A stretch of DNA of 63,674 nucleotides, filler included, from Octopus bimaculoides (GCF_001194135.2; 5 parts of 5 records of this genome joined end to end with filler, not necessarily neighbours in it), one strand, 5' to 3'; counted from the whole stretch's first letter, positions 38,136 to 50,297 are shown. Numbers and translations are program-made. The notes: a model not told the origin generated them from the letters alone.

Positions 38136-39135
38136 ATGTGTGTGTGTATCTATGTCATATGTATACCTATATTTAGGCATATGCGTGCACACATGCGCGC
38201 GCACACAAATGTACATATATAGAGACAGACAGAGAGACAGAGCACTCCCATCTTTATACTGAGGGTTATGAGGAGGTGACGCAGTTTCAATTCTTTTGGG
38301 GGAAACTGTGTTTGTGACGGCACCTGGGCGGCAAAGCGAAAAGTAAAAGGAAGACAATTGTAAAAAGGACGGTAAGAGATGGAAAGAAAAGCACAGACAC
38401 ACAGACGAGCGCAAACACACACACACACACACACACANNNNNNNNNNNNNNNNNNNNNNNNNNNNNNNNNNNNNNNNNNNNNNNNNNNNNNNNNNNNNNN
38501 NNNNNNNNNNNNNNNNNNNNNNNNNNNNNNNNNNNNNNNNNNNNNNNNNNNNNNNNNNNNNNNNNNNNNNNNNNNNNNNNNNNNNNNNNNNNNNNNNNNN
38601 NNNNNNNNNNNNNNNNNNNNNNNNNNNNNNNNNNNNNNNNNNNNNNNNNNNNNNNNNNNNNNNNNNNNNNNNNNNNNNNNNNNNNNNNNNNNNNNNNNNN
38701 NNNNNNNNNNNNNNNNNNNNNNNNNNNNNNNNNNNNNNNNNNNNNNNNNNNNNNNNNNNNNNNNNNNNNNNNNNNNNNNNNNNNNNNNNNNNNNNNNNNN
38801 NNNNNNNNNNNNNNNNNNNNNNNNNNNNNNNNNNNNNNNNNNNNNNNNNNNNNNNNNNNNNNNNNNNNNNNNNNNNNNNNNNNNNNNNNNNNNNNNNNNN
38901 NNNNNNNNNNNNNNNNNNNNNNNNNNNNNNNNNNNNNNNNNNNNNNNNNNNNNNNNNNNNNNNNNNNNNNNNNNNNNNNNNNNNNNNNNNNNNNNNNNNN
39001 NNNNNNNNNNNNNNNNNNNNNNNNNNNNNNNNNNNNNNNNNNNNNNNNNNNNNNNNNNNNNNNNNNNNNNNNNNNNNNNNNNNNNNNNNNNNNNNNNNNN
39101 NNNNNNNNNNNNNNNNNNNNNNNNNNNNNNNNNNN

Positions 39136-39185
<50 letters not shown>

Positions 39186-39214
39186 GAGATAGATAGACAG
39201 ACACACATAGGCGT

Positions 39215-39429
39215 CGAATTTTGGCACAAGACTAGCAATTTTGAGTGAGAGGAAAATTCGGTTACATCGCCCCCAGTGTTAAACTGGTGCTCATTTCATA
39301 GATCTCAGACGCATGCAAGGCAAAGTCGACCTCGACCTCGGAGGAATTTGGAGTCAGAACGTAAAGACGGACGAAATGCTTCTAAGCATTTTGTTCGGCG
39401 TGCTAATGACTCTACCACCTCGTCGCCTT
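39215..39429 (-). mobile_element. Family-A SINE
   Basis: GGCAAAGTCGACCTCGACCTCGGAGGAATTTGGAGTCAGAACGTAAAGACGGACGAAATG. Confidence 0.8.
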
Positions 39430-39465
39430 GATAATAATAATAATGAACATAACAAACATGATGAT

Positions 39466-39470
39466 TATGG

Positions 39471-39530
<60 letters not shown>

Positions 39531-39940
39531 CATTTATTGCTAGAAGAAGGACGACTGTGGAAGACATTAGGCGGACAAGCTGCGATGTAGTGGTGGCGTT
39601 GGTGTGGATTGAACACAAAATATGAGAGGGAAACAATATTATGAGAAAAATATAAAAAGAAGATGCCTCCCCGTTCTCTCGACTTCAAAAAAAAAAAAAT
39701 GAACATGCAAACAACAACATCCAACTTCAATGAAGTGTACAACATTGTGATGATGATGATGATGATGACGATGATGGTGATGATCATGATGATGATGATC
39801 ATGATGATGGTGATGATGATGGAGGAGAAAGAGTAGGAAGAAGAGGAGGAGACAGAATAGGGATCCCGATCATGACGCTGATGATGATGGCCATGATGAT
39901 ACAAGGAAGAGGTGACAGAAGCAGAGGAAGATGGGGAGCT

Positions 39941-39971
<31 letters not shown>

Positions 39972-40140
39972 AATGATGATAATGATGATGATGATGATGA
40001 TCACGACGACAATGATGATTATGGCGATGATGATGATGATGATGATGATGATGACGATGATGATGATGACGATGATGATGATGATGGTGATGATGATGAT
40101 GATAGTAATTATAATAATGATACTGATGATGGTGGTGACG
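39466..40140. repeat. (GAT)n and (GAA)n microsatellite complex
   Basis: Direct inspection; the source of the poly-D, poly-M and poly-K ORFs. Confidence 0.9.
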
Positions 40141-40516
40141 TTATTGTGTGTTTAGGAAAGTGTGGTGGGGGACAGGACACAAAGGGGCCTTAATATTGTT
40201 AATAAACAAGAATGACAATGAAGACGGCGTTTCCCAACTGACAAGGAATAAAACCCCCCACCACACACCACCCACCCCAAACAATTTTTATACACTCGCA
40301 CGTGCACGGGTAAGCTTACCCTACTCCTTCCCACCCATTAACCTACCAAGCAACGTACATTCACATACATAGCGCACACATATATGTACATATACACACT
40401 CACACACTCATAAAACCATGTGTGTGTGTATATATACATACATACATACATACATAAATACATACATATACACACACATATATATGTATGTATATATTAT
40501 ATATATATATATATAC

Positions 40517-40610
40517 ATATATGTATATATATTGTACATATATATACATATATGTATATATATTGTACATATATATACATATATGTATATATATTGTACA
40601 TATATATATA
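40517..40610. repeat. 31-bp AT-rich minisatellite x3
   Basis: ATTGTAC recurs at 40531, 40562 and 40593. Confidence 0.85.
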
Positions 40611-40831
40611 TATATATATTTATGTATGTATGTACGCATGTATGCATGTGTGCATGCACGTGTTTGTTAGTGTATATATACACTACACAATCACACATAG
40701 ATGTTATCGTTGCTGTTGGTAGTGGTTCCTAAAAGGCTGTACCACCACATCCGTCATAACCACTACCGTCGTTACTATCTCTACAACAATCTTCATCATC
40801 AGGTCTCCACGAAATTAATAACAACAACAAC

Positions 40832-40862
<31 letters not shown>

Positions 40863-40871
40863 TTAATAATA

Positions 40872-41085
40872 TTCCTTTCTACTATAGGCACAAGGCCTGA
40901 AATTTTGGTGGAAGGATCAGTCGATTAGATTGCTCCAGTACACAACTGGTATTTAGTTTATCGATTTCGAAAGGATGAAAGGCAAATTCGACCTCGGCGG
41001 AATTTGAACTCAGAACGTAGCGACGGGCGAAATACCGCTAAGCATTTCGTCCAGCGTGTTAACGTCTCTGCCATCTCGCCGCCTT
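40872..41085 (-). mobile_element. Full-length family-A SINE
   Basis: Complete head to tail: (rc) AAGGCGGCGAGATGGCAGA...CCTTGTGCCTATAGTAGAAAGGAA(TAT)n. Confidence 0.9.
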
Positions 41086-41086
41086 A

Positions 41087-41123
<37 letters not shown>

Positions 41124-41126
41124 GTA

Positions 41127-41226
41127 NNNNNNNNNNNNNNNNNNNNNNNNNNNNNNNNNNNNNNNNNNNNTTAATTAATTAANNNNNNNNNNNNNNNNNN
41201 NNNNNNNNNNNNNNNNNNNNNNNNNN
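41127..41226. other. Artificial scaffold join N44-TTAATTAATTAA-N44
   Basis: Identical to 12676-12775. Confidence 0.95.
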
Positions 41227-41241
41227 TATTATTATTGTATT

Positions 41242-41430
41242 AGGCGGCGAGCTGGCAGAATCATTAGCACGCTGGACGAAATGCTTAGCCTGTTGCTACG
41301 TTCTTAGTTAAAATTCCACCGAGGTCGACTTTGCCTTTCATCCTTTCGAGGTCGATGAATTAAGTACCAGGGATGAAATCATCTAGTCTCCTCACCCAAA
41401 TTTGAGGCTTTGTGACTCCAGTAGAAAGGA
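41242..41430 (+). mobile_element. Family-A SINE
   Basis: AGGCGGCGAGCTGGCAGAATC...GAGGTCGACTTTGCCTTTCATCCTTTCGAGGTCGAT. Confidence 0.85.
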
Positions 41431-41522
41431 TTATTATTACCTCCGCCTTAGCGAAGGCAGAAGTATTGTTTTCAGTCGTGTTTGTTTGTCGCCCGTGAAC
41501 AAGCATTATTATTATTATTAAT

Positions 41523-41560
41523 ACTAGTGGAACCCGTGAATATTTCACGGAATTAATGGT
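41523..41560 (-). mobile_element. Helitron-type 3' terminus
   Basis: Minus strand CCGTGAA-ATA-TTCACGG hairpin, then GTTCCA, then CTAG followed by T. The element's 5' end was not located. Confidence 0.7.
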
Positions 41561-42265
41561 AAACATATTGGATTGTTTCTGAAAACTTTATATAAAAAAT
41601 CCTGAAAGCGTAGCCTGTGTTGTGGCTGTATGGAAAGACAGTTATTCATCTGATACTCATTGAAAAGTGGAAGAAATTGGAATATGATGATTACTTAATG
41701 CTCTTTGTATATGCATTTTATATACTTTATGCGATATAAAAAAAAACTTAGTTCATTGTTTTTAAATATACACTTTTCACTATCTAAACACCACCGTCAC
41801 CATCACCACTACCACCAGCACCAGCACCACCACTAGCACCACCAGTACCATCACCACCACCACCATCACCACCAAAATTTCGGGCCCTGTGCCTATAATA
41901 GAGAGGATTATTATTATTGTTATTGTTGTTGTTTAATCATGGTTTGATGTGATTTCGAGTCTCATGGCTGGCCGGCAACGTATTTTTCTGCATTATATGG
42001 ATAATTTAACCTGATCACGCTATTTATAGCATTATCACGCGTTTGAGAAATACATTTATTATTGTTCTTAATATTATTTTGATTCAGACCTGAATAACTT
42101 TTTAAAACTGGTTTTATGAAAAATAGTCACAACTTTAAAAACACTAACAACAACAGTAGTTCAATAGTTGTCACAACAATACTAACAATGATAACAACAA
42201 CACCAATATTAACCCCTGTAACTACAACATCATTTAACAAAAATAATCACAACAGCATTAAATAA

Positions 42266-42472
42266 TCCTTTCTTCTAAAAGCACAAAACCTGAAATTTTG
42301 GGGATGGGTTAGTCGATTACATCGACTCCAGTGTTTCACTGGTACTTAATTTATCAACCCCGAAAGGATGAAAGCAAAGTCGACCTCGGCATAATTTGAA
42401 CTCTGAACGTGAAGACGGACCAAATGCCTCCAAGAATTTTTCCCGGGTTGTTAACCATTCTGCCATCTCGTT
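42266..42472 (-). mobile_element. Family-A SINE
   Basis: TTAGTCGATTACATCGACTCCAG...CCCGAAAGGATGAAAGCAAAGTCGACCTCGGC. Confidence 0.85.
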
Positions 42473-42727
42473 ATCATTAACAGTAATTGCTACAATAACA
42501 TTAAAAATGTACGCCACTGTAACAACATTTTCAGCATTAGTCAAACAGAAGATGCATCTCTGCTGCATATATTTTGGAGAATATGTAACTATTTAGACTT
42601 TGGGTATATATAAATTAGTATGTTGATTGAAGCACATTCACCGTTTGGGTTACCTGATGTCATCCACAGTTACGATATTGTTTTCACTGGATCTACGTCA
42701 AGGAATCCGCAGTGTTTGTTGAATTTA

Positions 42728-42868
42728 TAATTGATGAAGGAAACGGAAAATGGATTTCGTTTCGACTCATCCTGCAGCTGTCCCTTAGGTGTAAGGGATG
42801 GGTCGAAGCGATTGTCGTGCTGAATAAAGATTCGTACTAAATCCATCTTCCGTTTCCTTCATCAATTA
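42728..42868 (+). other. Nested hairpin: 30-bp outer inverted repeat plus a 17-bp inner stem
   Basis: 42728-42757 vs 42839-42868 differ at one position; 42757-42773 pairs with 42795-42811 using three G-U pairs. Confidence 0.8.
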
Positions 42869-42971
42869 CTTTGAAGAATAGATACATTAACTCTTTTCAG
42901 TCCACCACTAACTGTGTTCTCTCGCTAATTCATTTTGTTCTGGATTATTTCAAAGATGAGCATAACATACT

Positions 42972-43181
42972 CTCTCTTTTACTTGTTTCAGTCGTTTGAC
43001 TACGGCCATGCTGGGGCACCGCCTTTAGTCGAGTAAATCGACCCCAGGACATATTCTTTGTAAGCCTAGTACTTATTCTATCGGTCTCTTTTTGCCGAAC
43101 CGCTAAGTTACGGGGACGTAAACACACCACCATCGGTTGTCAAGCGATGTTAGGGGGACAAACGCAGACACACAAACATAT

Positions 43182-43235
<54 letters not shown>

Positions 43236-43372
43236 GACAGGCTTCTTTCAGTTTTCCGTCTACCAAATCCACTGACAAGGCTTTGGTCGGCCCGAGGCTA
43301 TAGTAGAAGACACTTGAACCCAGAACCATGTGGTTGGTAAGCAAGCTACTTACCACACAGTCACTCCTGCGC
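42972..43372 (-). mobile_element. Composite family-B SINE (tRNA head, CORE-like segment, internal (TA)n, family-A-like core, TGACTGAAACAAGTAAAAGA-type tail)
   Basis: The head matches 18397 and 62225; the tail GGTGCCCCAGCATGGCCGTAGTCAAACGACTGAAACAAGTAAAAGAG also appears, degenerate, at ~15960-16015. Confidence 0.85.
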
Positions 43373-43954
43373 GTGATAGAGAATTATGATATTAACTACA
43401 ATGTTATTCATCATATGACGGGTGACTTTCACGGTGTACTTTTGCCACCATGGGTAATAGCAGTAAATATGGCAGACATTCAATAAATATAACTTAACTT
43501 TTTTATTAAATTTCTTGGTGCTTATACAAAAGAATGAAATGAATATTAATTTTCGAAAGAAAAGTATTTAGAAAAAGCAACACGAGCACGAACGGCGAAC
43601 CGTCGTCATTTTCTTTCAAATCAACATGCATATCAGGAATGCGTAAGTGTGACAAAACAGTAGTTTATCCAATATAAAATATATACGCATGCTCAATAAT
43701 CGAAAGGGTGTAAATAAAACGTGTCCTTTCCATCTTGAATCAGCGTGTCGTGTGGGTGTGTGCGTGTGTGCGTGTATGTACATCTTGAATAAAGTTGGTG
43801 AATTATGATACTCAGTTATAAAAGATGTCAGAATATTTTAATTTACTGCTGTGTTCTTAATTATCACAAACATCACAAGTTGTTATGGTAATATTGTAAA
43901 AAGAAAAAGAAAAAAAAACAGTTGGCAAGGCAACAATTGTTACAACAACATTAG

Positions 43955-44150
43955 TTTCTAGTTTAGGCACAAGGCCTGCAATTTTGAAAGGAAGGGAGTT
44001 AATCGATGCCATCGACCCCGGTACTAAACTGGCTGGTACTTTAGTTTATCAATCCCGGAAGGATCAAAGGCAAATTTGAACTCGGGACGTTAAAAACTGA
44101 AAGAAATACCACAAAGTAAATTTTTCGGCACTCTAACGATTCTATTAGTT
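43955..44150 (-). mobile_element. Family-A SINE with an internal deletion
   Basis: AGGCACAAGGCCTGCAATTTTG...ATCGACCCCGGTACT...GGCAAATTTGAACTCGGGACGT. Confidence 0.8.
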
Positions 44151-44159
44151 TAAACTGGC

Positions 44160-44595
44160 ATTCCGTCGCTTGACGACGAGGACTGCCGTTGATCTGATCA
44201 ATCGAAAGGCCCTGCTCGTGAAACTAACGTGCACTCAACAAACACGCGTACCCTTAACGTAGTTCTCAGGGAGATTCAGTGTGACACAGAGTGTGATACA
44301 GAGTGTGACACAGAGAGTGACACAGAGTGTGACACAGAGTGTGACACAGAGTGTGACACAGAGTGTGACACAGAGTGTGACACAGAGTGTGACACAGAGT
44401 GTGACACAGAGTGTGACACAGAGTGTGACAAGGCCTGCTCTTTGAATTACAGGTACATCTCATCCTTTTTGGCAGCTGAGTGAAATAAAGAGAGATGAAG
44501 CATCTCGCTCAAGGACACAATGCGCAGTCGGAATCGAACTCACGACCTTACGATCGTAAGCTGAATATCCAAACCACTTATCCACGCGCCTTCTA
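44160..44595 (-). mobile_element. Family-C-related SINE with an expanded internal minisatellite
   Basis: Shares CCTGCTCGTGAAA(T/C)TAACGTGCA, TTAACGTAGTTCTC and CTTTGAATTACAGG with 16672-17060. Confidence 0.8.
44279..44430. repeat. 12-bp minisatellite (GTGTGACACAGA) x12.7
   Basis: 12 full units (2 with single substitutions) plus GTGTGACA. Confidence 0.95.
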
Positions 44596-45625
44596 CTAGC
44601 TTACAACAACTCTGTGCGGTGCATGTGTGTGTGTATGTGTGTGTGCTCGCGTGCGCGCGTGATGTGTCCGTGCGTGCGTGTGTGTACCTCCGTGCGTGAT
44701 ACGTCCGTGCATGCGTTGCGTGCGTACGCGCGCGCGCACGTGTGTGATAGGTTTTTTTGCACACTATCTCTACCAATTTCTAATCACAAGGCGTTGGTTA
44801 ATCCAAGGCTGTAGAAAAAAGACGAGGGGGAGAGAGAAAGAGGGGGGGAAAGAGGGGGAAAGAGGGGGGCAGAGTTGGAGAAAGATGGCCAAGGAGTAAA
44901 GAAGGAGAGAAAAATCGGTCACAGAATAGAAAAAAAATGGAGAAAAAAAAGGAAAGAAAAGGAAAGGCGAAGAGAANNNNNNNNNNAGGCGTTGGTTAAT
45001 CCAAGGCTGTAGAAAAAAGACGAGGGGGAGAGAGAAAGAGGGGGGGAAAGAGGGGGAAAGAGGGGGGCAGAGTTGGAGAAAGATGGCCAAGGAGTAAAGA
45101 AGGAGAGAAAAATCGGTCACAGAATAGAAAAAAAATGGAGAAAAAAAAGGAAAGAAAAGGAAAGGCGAAGAGAAAGAAAGAAAGAAAGAAAGTAGGAGTA
45201 AGGAAGAGGGAGGGAATGAGAGATCAAAGGCTATTTTAATAAGGAAATAAAGAGAAAGAGGAATTCGAAAAAATATGAGTAAGGAAATGAGGGGTGGTGA
45301 GGAGAAGGAAGAGAAGAATTGAGAAGGAAATATGGAAGGAAAGACTGGAACGGGAATTGAGATATTGGAAATGGGATATTGGAATGAGCGTGAAAGAGTT
45401 GGAACGATAGACCTCTTGGAAGTGAAGGAGGTACGAATTAGATGGAAATTAAAGGGCAAAGAAAGAATAAGAAGGCAGATAACGCGAAAAGATTTAAAAC
45501 AAGATGGAGTCTAACCCTTAAAATGGATGGAAATTTTGGAAGAAGGAAATTGATGAATGAATAACAAGCGTGAAAGGAAGAGAAATGCTATAGAGAGAGA
45601 AAAAGACAGAAAGGCATTGAATAAC

Positions 45626-45661
<36 letters not shown>

Positions 45662-45695
45662 GAGAGCTGACGGTTCCAAGATAAAAAAACAATAG

Positions 45696-45738
<43 letters not shown>

Positions 45739-46104
45739 TACCACCATCGCTACCAGAATGCGCGCGCGCACATACACGGATATAAATATATATATGTATG
45801 TATATATACATACACACATATACATAAATATAATGTATATATATATGTGTGTGTATATGTATGATACAAATCTATATACACACGCATATATACATCTACA
45901 TAGCTACACATACACACACATGCGTAAATATATGTGCGTGTGGGTATGTGTGTATATGTGTTTATGATACAAATATACATTCACACACGTATATACATAT
46001 ACATAGATACACACACATATAATGTGTAAATATATACATATACATACATTCGCACGCACACACACACACACACATGTAAATGTATATTCATATGCATATA
46101 CATT

Positions 46105-46136
<32 letters not shown>

Positions 46137-46371
46137 NNNNNNNNNNNNNNNNNNNNNNNNNNNNNNNNNNNNNNNNNNNNNNNNNNNNNNNNNNNNNNNN
46201 NNNNNNNNNNNNNNNNNNNNNNNNNNNNNNNNNNNNNNNNNNNNNNNNNNNNNNNNNNNNNNNNNNNNNNNNNNNNNNNNNNNNNNNNNNNNNNNNNNNN
46301 NNNNNNNNNNNNNNNNNNNNNNNNNNNNNNNNNNNNNNNNNNNNNNNNNNNNNNNNNNNNNNNNNNNNNNN

Positions 46372-46416
<45 letters not shown>

Positions 46417-46804
46417 CATATGAAGAAACGTAGCGCTCCATTTACTTTCAGACGACAATGACGTATCGTCTGCTATTTGATTCTTTAATCGTAACCATCA
46501 CAAGATCGTTATCTCCTAAGTCAGACCGCTAACACTACTACCTACCCACCTACTACCACCACCTCATCATCATCAGCAGCATCCTCATCCTCATCGTCGT
46601 CATCGTCGTCATCGTCATACTCTTCCTCTTCCAATCCTATCAACACATCTTCACTACCAACATCAATACGGCGGCTAGCATGACCGTCCTCTCTATGATA
46701 TTTTTCTAACACAATTTTTTAATCTTTTTATCTTTATCTTCGCTTATATAGACAACGACAGACGGCATCCACTTGTGTTTATGGGCATTATCATAATAAT
46801 AATA

Positions 46805-47320
46805 GTTTCAAATTTTGGCACAAGGCCAGTAATTTCGAGAGATGGGGTATGTCAATTATATCGGCTCCAGTGATCAACTGGTACTTATTTTATCGACTCT
46901 GAAAGGATAAAAAGCAAAGTCAGCCTCGGCGGAATTTGAACTAAGAACGTAAAGGAGATCAAAATACCGTTAAGCGTGTTAACGATAATCCCTGAATTAT
47001 TTCAGGGCCTGAAATTTTGCGGGGAGGCGATTAGTCGATTACATCGAACCCAGTGTTCAACTGGTACTTATTTTATCGACCTTAAGAGGTTGAAAGGCCA
47101 AATCAACCTCGGCGGAATATGAGCTTGGCACATAAAGAACCAGAAGAAATGCAGCTAACGAATTTGTCCAACGTACTAAAGATTCTGTCAGCTAGAAATT
47201 TGGAGGATGGATTAATTAATGCCATTGACACCAGTAATTGACTGGTACTTTATTTCGACCCCGAAAGAATGAAAGACAAAGCTGATCTCTGCGGGATTTT
47301 AACTCAGAACGTAAAAGGCA
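46805..47320 (-). mobile_element. Cluster of three tandem family-A SINE copies
   Basis: ACTGGTACTT and CTC(G/T)GCGG(A/G)AT cores recur at ~46880-46940, ~47060-47120 and ~47240-47300. Confidence 0.8.
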
Positions 47321-47869
47321 AGCAGCTACTTGCTTTTATTACTTTCTCATAATGATATTGTTTCTTGTGACAAACACAGCGCCAGAAATTTGAAGGTCGG
47401 TAAAACAAAAGTACTAACCCCAGGGCGGTGGATTTGCGGAAATGTAAGAACGTCGGATTAGATTCCTTTGCGATGCCTTTCCAGTCCTCTCCGTTCTTAT
47501 TTCAAATCCCACTTTGACCTACTTGAGGCGAGTAAACAAGGCTGACTTAATCCGTCGTCCCGGTTTCACATCAAAACCTGGAACTTTGGATGCCTATAAC
47601 GAAATCAATTATTTTCTAAGTATTAAGCGTAAGTTTCCGGTTTAAGGACAACCTCCTTCTTACCGTCCGCCAATCTTGGAGGCTCTTAAAGGGTAATGGG
47701 TTCTTCCCTTCCTCCTAAATAGAAAATTAAAACAACACAGACATTATTACTCGCTTCCTAATTTTCCGGATTCTGCTCAATGTTTCTTTTCATTAGACTC
47801 GGCATTTTAAGTCACTCTGCATTTTATATTCTTTCGCTGAGTCAGGATTTATTTTCATTTTTAACACTG

Positions 47870-48245
47870 ATCTGGTAGCTAAGTTGTTGCACTCACGATC
47901 GCAAGATCATGACTTCCATTCCCGGACCGAATTGTGCGTTGCGGTTTTGAGCAAAACACTTCACTTCATGTTGCTCCAGTTAACTCATATGTAAAAGGGG
48001 AACCTGTTCAGGGGGTCACACGTACATCATGGACACCGGGTAACTGGGTCTATGAATCCTAGGACTTGAGGCAGTACTTTCTTTATACACTGTGAAGGCA
48101 CGTAGCCAAGTGATTAGGGTGTTGGGCTTATTATCATAAAGCTCATGAGTTCGATTCCTGGGTTACGACTCACGTCTTGTGTCCTTGAGCTGGACATTTC
48201 ATTTTATATTGCTCCAGTCTACTCAGCTGAAAATGAGCCAAGACA
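47870..48245 (+). mobile_element. Two degenerate tRNA/CORE-type SINE copies
   Basis: TTGAGCAAAACACTTCACTTCATGTTGCTCCAGT and GAGTTCGATTCCTGGG...GTCCTTGAGCTGGACATTTCATTTTATATTGCTCCAGTCTACTCAGCTG. Confidence 0.65.
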
Positions 48246-48594
48246 TAATTCAGTCCTCTCTATCTCTAGCTTTCTCTTTCTCTTTCTTTCCTTCTCTCTC
48301 TCTACCTCTCTCGCTATCTATCTATGCTTCTCTTTCTCTTCCCGTTCTCTTCCTCCAGCTGCCACATTCTTGATATTCCACTGAGTCAAGGAAAGGGGGT
48401 GCCTAGATGGTACTCGCGACTACCTTGGCACATAAAACAATTAGTGAAACCATGGTGCCTCTTATCACGTCATATTCGCTTGTGGTTTTTATGCGTTCTT
48501 TTTGTCTCTTTATATCTGAGAATATTGCTTCATCAATCTATTAATTCATTAGTCATAACATATACTCTCAAAGAGAGTTTGTAAAGTTAATAAT

Positions 48595-49062
48595 CCTTTC
48601 TACTATAAAAATACAAGGCCTGAAATTTTGTGGCGGAGGAGAACAAGTCGAATATATCGACCCCGGTATTCAACTGGTACTTATTTTATCGACCTCGAAA
48701 GGATGAAAGTCGACATCGGCGGAATTTGAACTCAAAACATAAAGACAGACGAAATGCAGCTAAGAATTTTTTTCCGGCGTGGTAATGATTGAACGAATCG
48801 AACCCAGTGACTATTGTTTTCAAGTCAGGTACTTATTTTATGGATCTCCTTTGCTGAACCGCTATTTCATGGAGACCGAAACAAACCAAAGCCGGTTGTC
48901 AAGCGGCGATGGGACAATATATATTATTAGGGAAACGTATCTATCAAATTCACTCAGAAAGCGCATTGGTCGGCCCAGGGTTAAAATAAGACATTTGCCT
49001 TTGGTATCACGCAGGGAGACTGAACCCATGGTTGCAAAACTAGCTTATTAACTATACAGCAC

Positions 49063-49065
<3 letters not shown>
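48595..49065 (-). mobile_element. Family-A SINE (48595-48780) followed by a decayed family-B SINE (48785-49065)
   Basis: Family-A core, then GCTGAACCGCTA...CGGTTGTCAAGCG and TTGGTCGGCCCAGGG matching 43090-43300. Confidence 0.75.
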
Positions 49066-49132
<67 letters not shown>

Positions 49133-49173
49133 TGTGTGTGCGTGTGCGTACGTGCGTGTGTGGTTTTATGCGT

Positions 49174-49765
49174 CCTTTGAACATTTCATGAGGCTGGTGA
49201 TTTTGTGTGGCTATTCGAGTTATAATTTTTAGCACTTATTTCTAACAATTGTAGGTACTATTTTGCTATTCTACCTTTTTGGTTTTTAATTGGTTTAGCC
49301 ACCTCTATTATAACGTATTTAATATATCATAATATTGATTTATTGCTATAATATTTTATTGTATGTTTATATACGCTCAAACCGCTTTGGATTTTGGCGC
49401 TCTCTGTTCAACGGTTATTTTCCCTCATGAGCTAATGGAAAGCAAGCTATCTCTTTAACCCGGAGTAATTTGCGGATTCCCCTGAGGAGAAACGAAACCA
49501 TATTGGTTAAATTTCGAAATCATATGATAGGGTTTTATCAAATTACTTCATTCAGTTTTATCTCGCTGGAGAAAGATGTAGCTCCTGTGCCGCTCGCAGT
49601 CCCTTTGAACATCTCATGAGGTTGGTGATTTTGTTTGGCTATTAAAGTTATATTTTTTAGCTCTTATTTCTAGCAATTTCAGGTGCTATTTTGCACCATT
49701 CTACATTTTTGGTCTTTAATTGCTTTAACCATCTATATTATAACGTATTTAATATATCATAATAT
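49174..49765 (+). repeat. Partial tandem unit: ~163-bp direct repeats (49174-49335, 49602-49765), period 428 bp
   Basis: About 17 substitutions and one 2-nt indel by eye; bounded by (GT)n and (TA)/(GT) microsatellites. Confidence 0.9.
49462..49549 (+). ncRNA. Predicted type I hammerhead ribozyme with an extended helix I
   Basis: CCC-CTGAGGA(49482-88)-GAAA..AACC-ATATT-GGTT..TTTC-GAAA(49516-19)-TCATATGAT-A-GGG. G10.1-C11.1 intact; palindromic helix III AUCAUAUGAU; AUA site after 49529; helix I CCC/GGG, a 6x6 internal loop, then 11 bp GGAGUAAUUUG/CAAAUUACUUC. Confidence 0.8.
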
Positions 49766-50249
49766 CTTATTACATATATATGCGTGTGTGTGTGTATGTG
49801 TCTGTGTGTATGTATGTGTGTACACATATATATGTATGTCTGCATATATGTATGTATACGCACGCGCGCGCGCGCACATATGGAATGTAATGATGCTGAT
49901 GAATCTCAGCCATACGGCCGACGGAAAAACTACTTGAGTAGAAAGTACTCTAAATACTGAACACAGAATAGGGTAAGATCTCCCATATGTAGTCGAGAGA
50001 AGTGAAAAACTTGTGACTTATCAACAAGCTCCAGTCGATTGCTAATTTGTGGTCATTAAACATCTAATAAGTCTAACTTCTTTAATACACAAGTTATGAG
50101 TGTTCCGACTGAACGTCTATTGTAAATCTAGTGTCCTTTGATCTTTACTAGAATTATCAATGATTGGATTAATTTTGTTTGTATTTGTTATTCGCTTTCT
50201 TTGTGCTTTGAAGGATGTTCGTGTGTGCGTGTGCGTGTGTGAACATATG

Positions 50250-50297
<48 letters not shown>

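Noticed and set aside
18147-39248. Long ORFs of 200-500 aa
   Set aside because: They are mostly X from N gaps plus microsatellite translation.
40872-41430. Head-to-head inverted SINE pair
   Set aside because: The pair straddles an artificial join, so adjacency and orientation are unverified.
44229-44483. (DTEC)n repeat protein, or a CRISPR-like array
   Set aside because: A 12-bp minisatellite inside a SINE, with no spacers and no cas genes.
44789-45174. 188-bp exact direct repeat
   Set aside because: Identical copies on either side of a 10-N gap: a contig overlap artefact.
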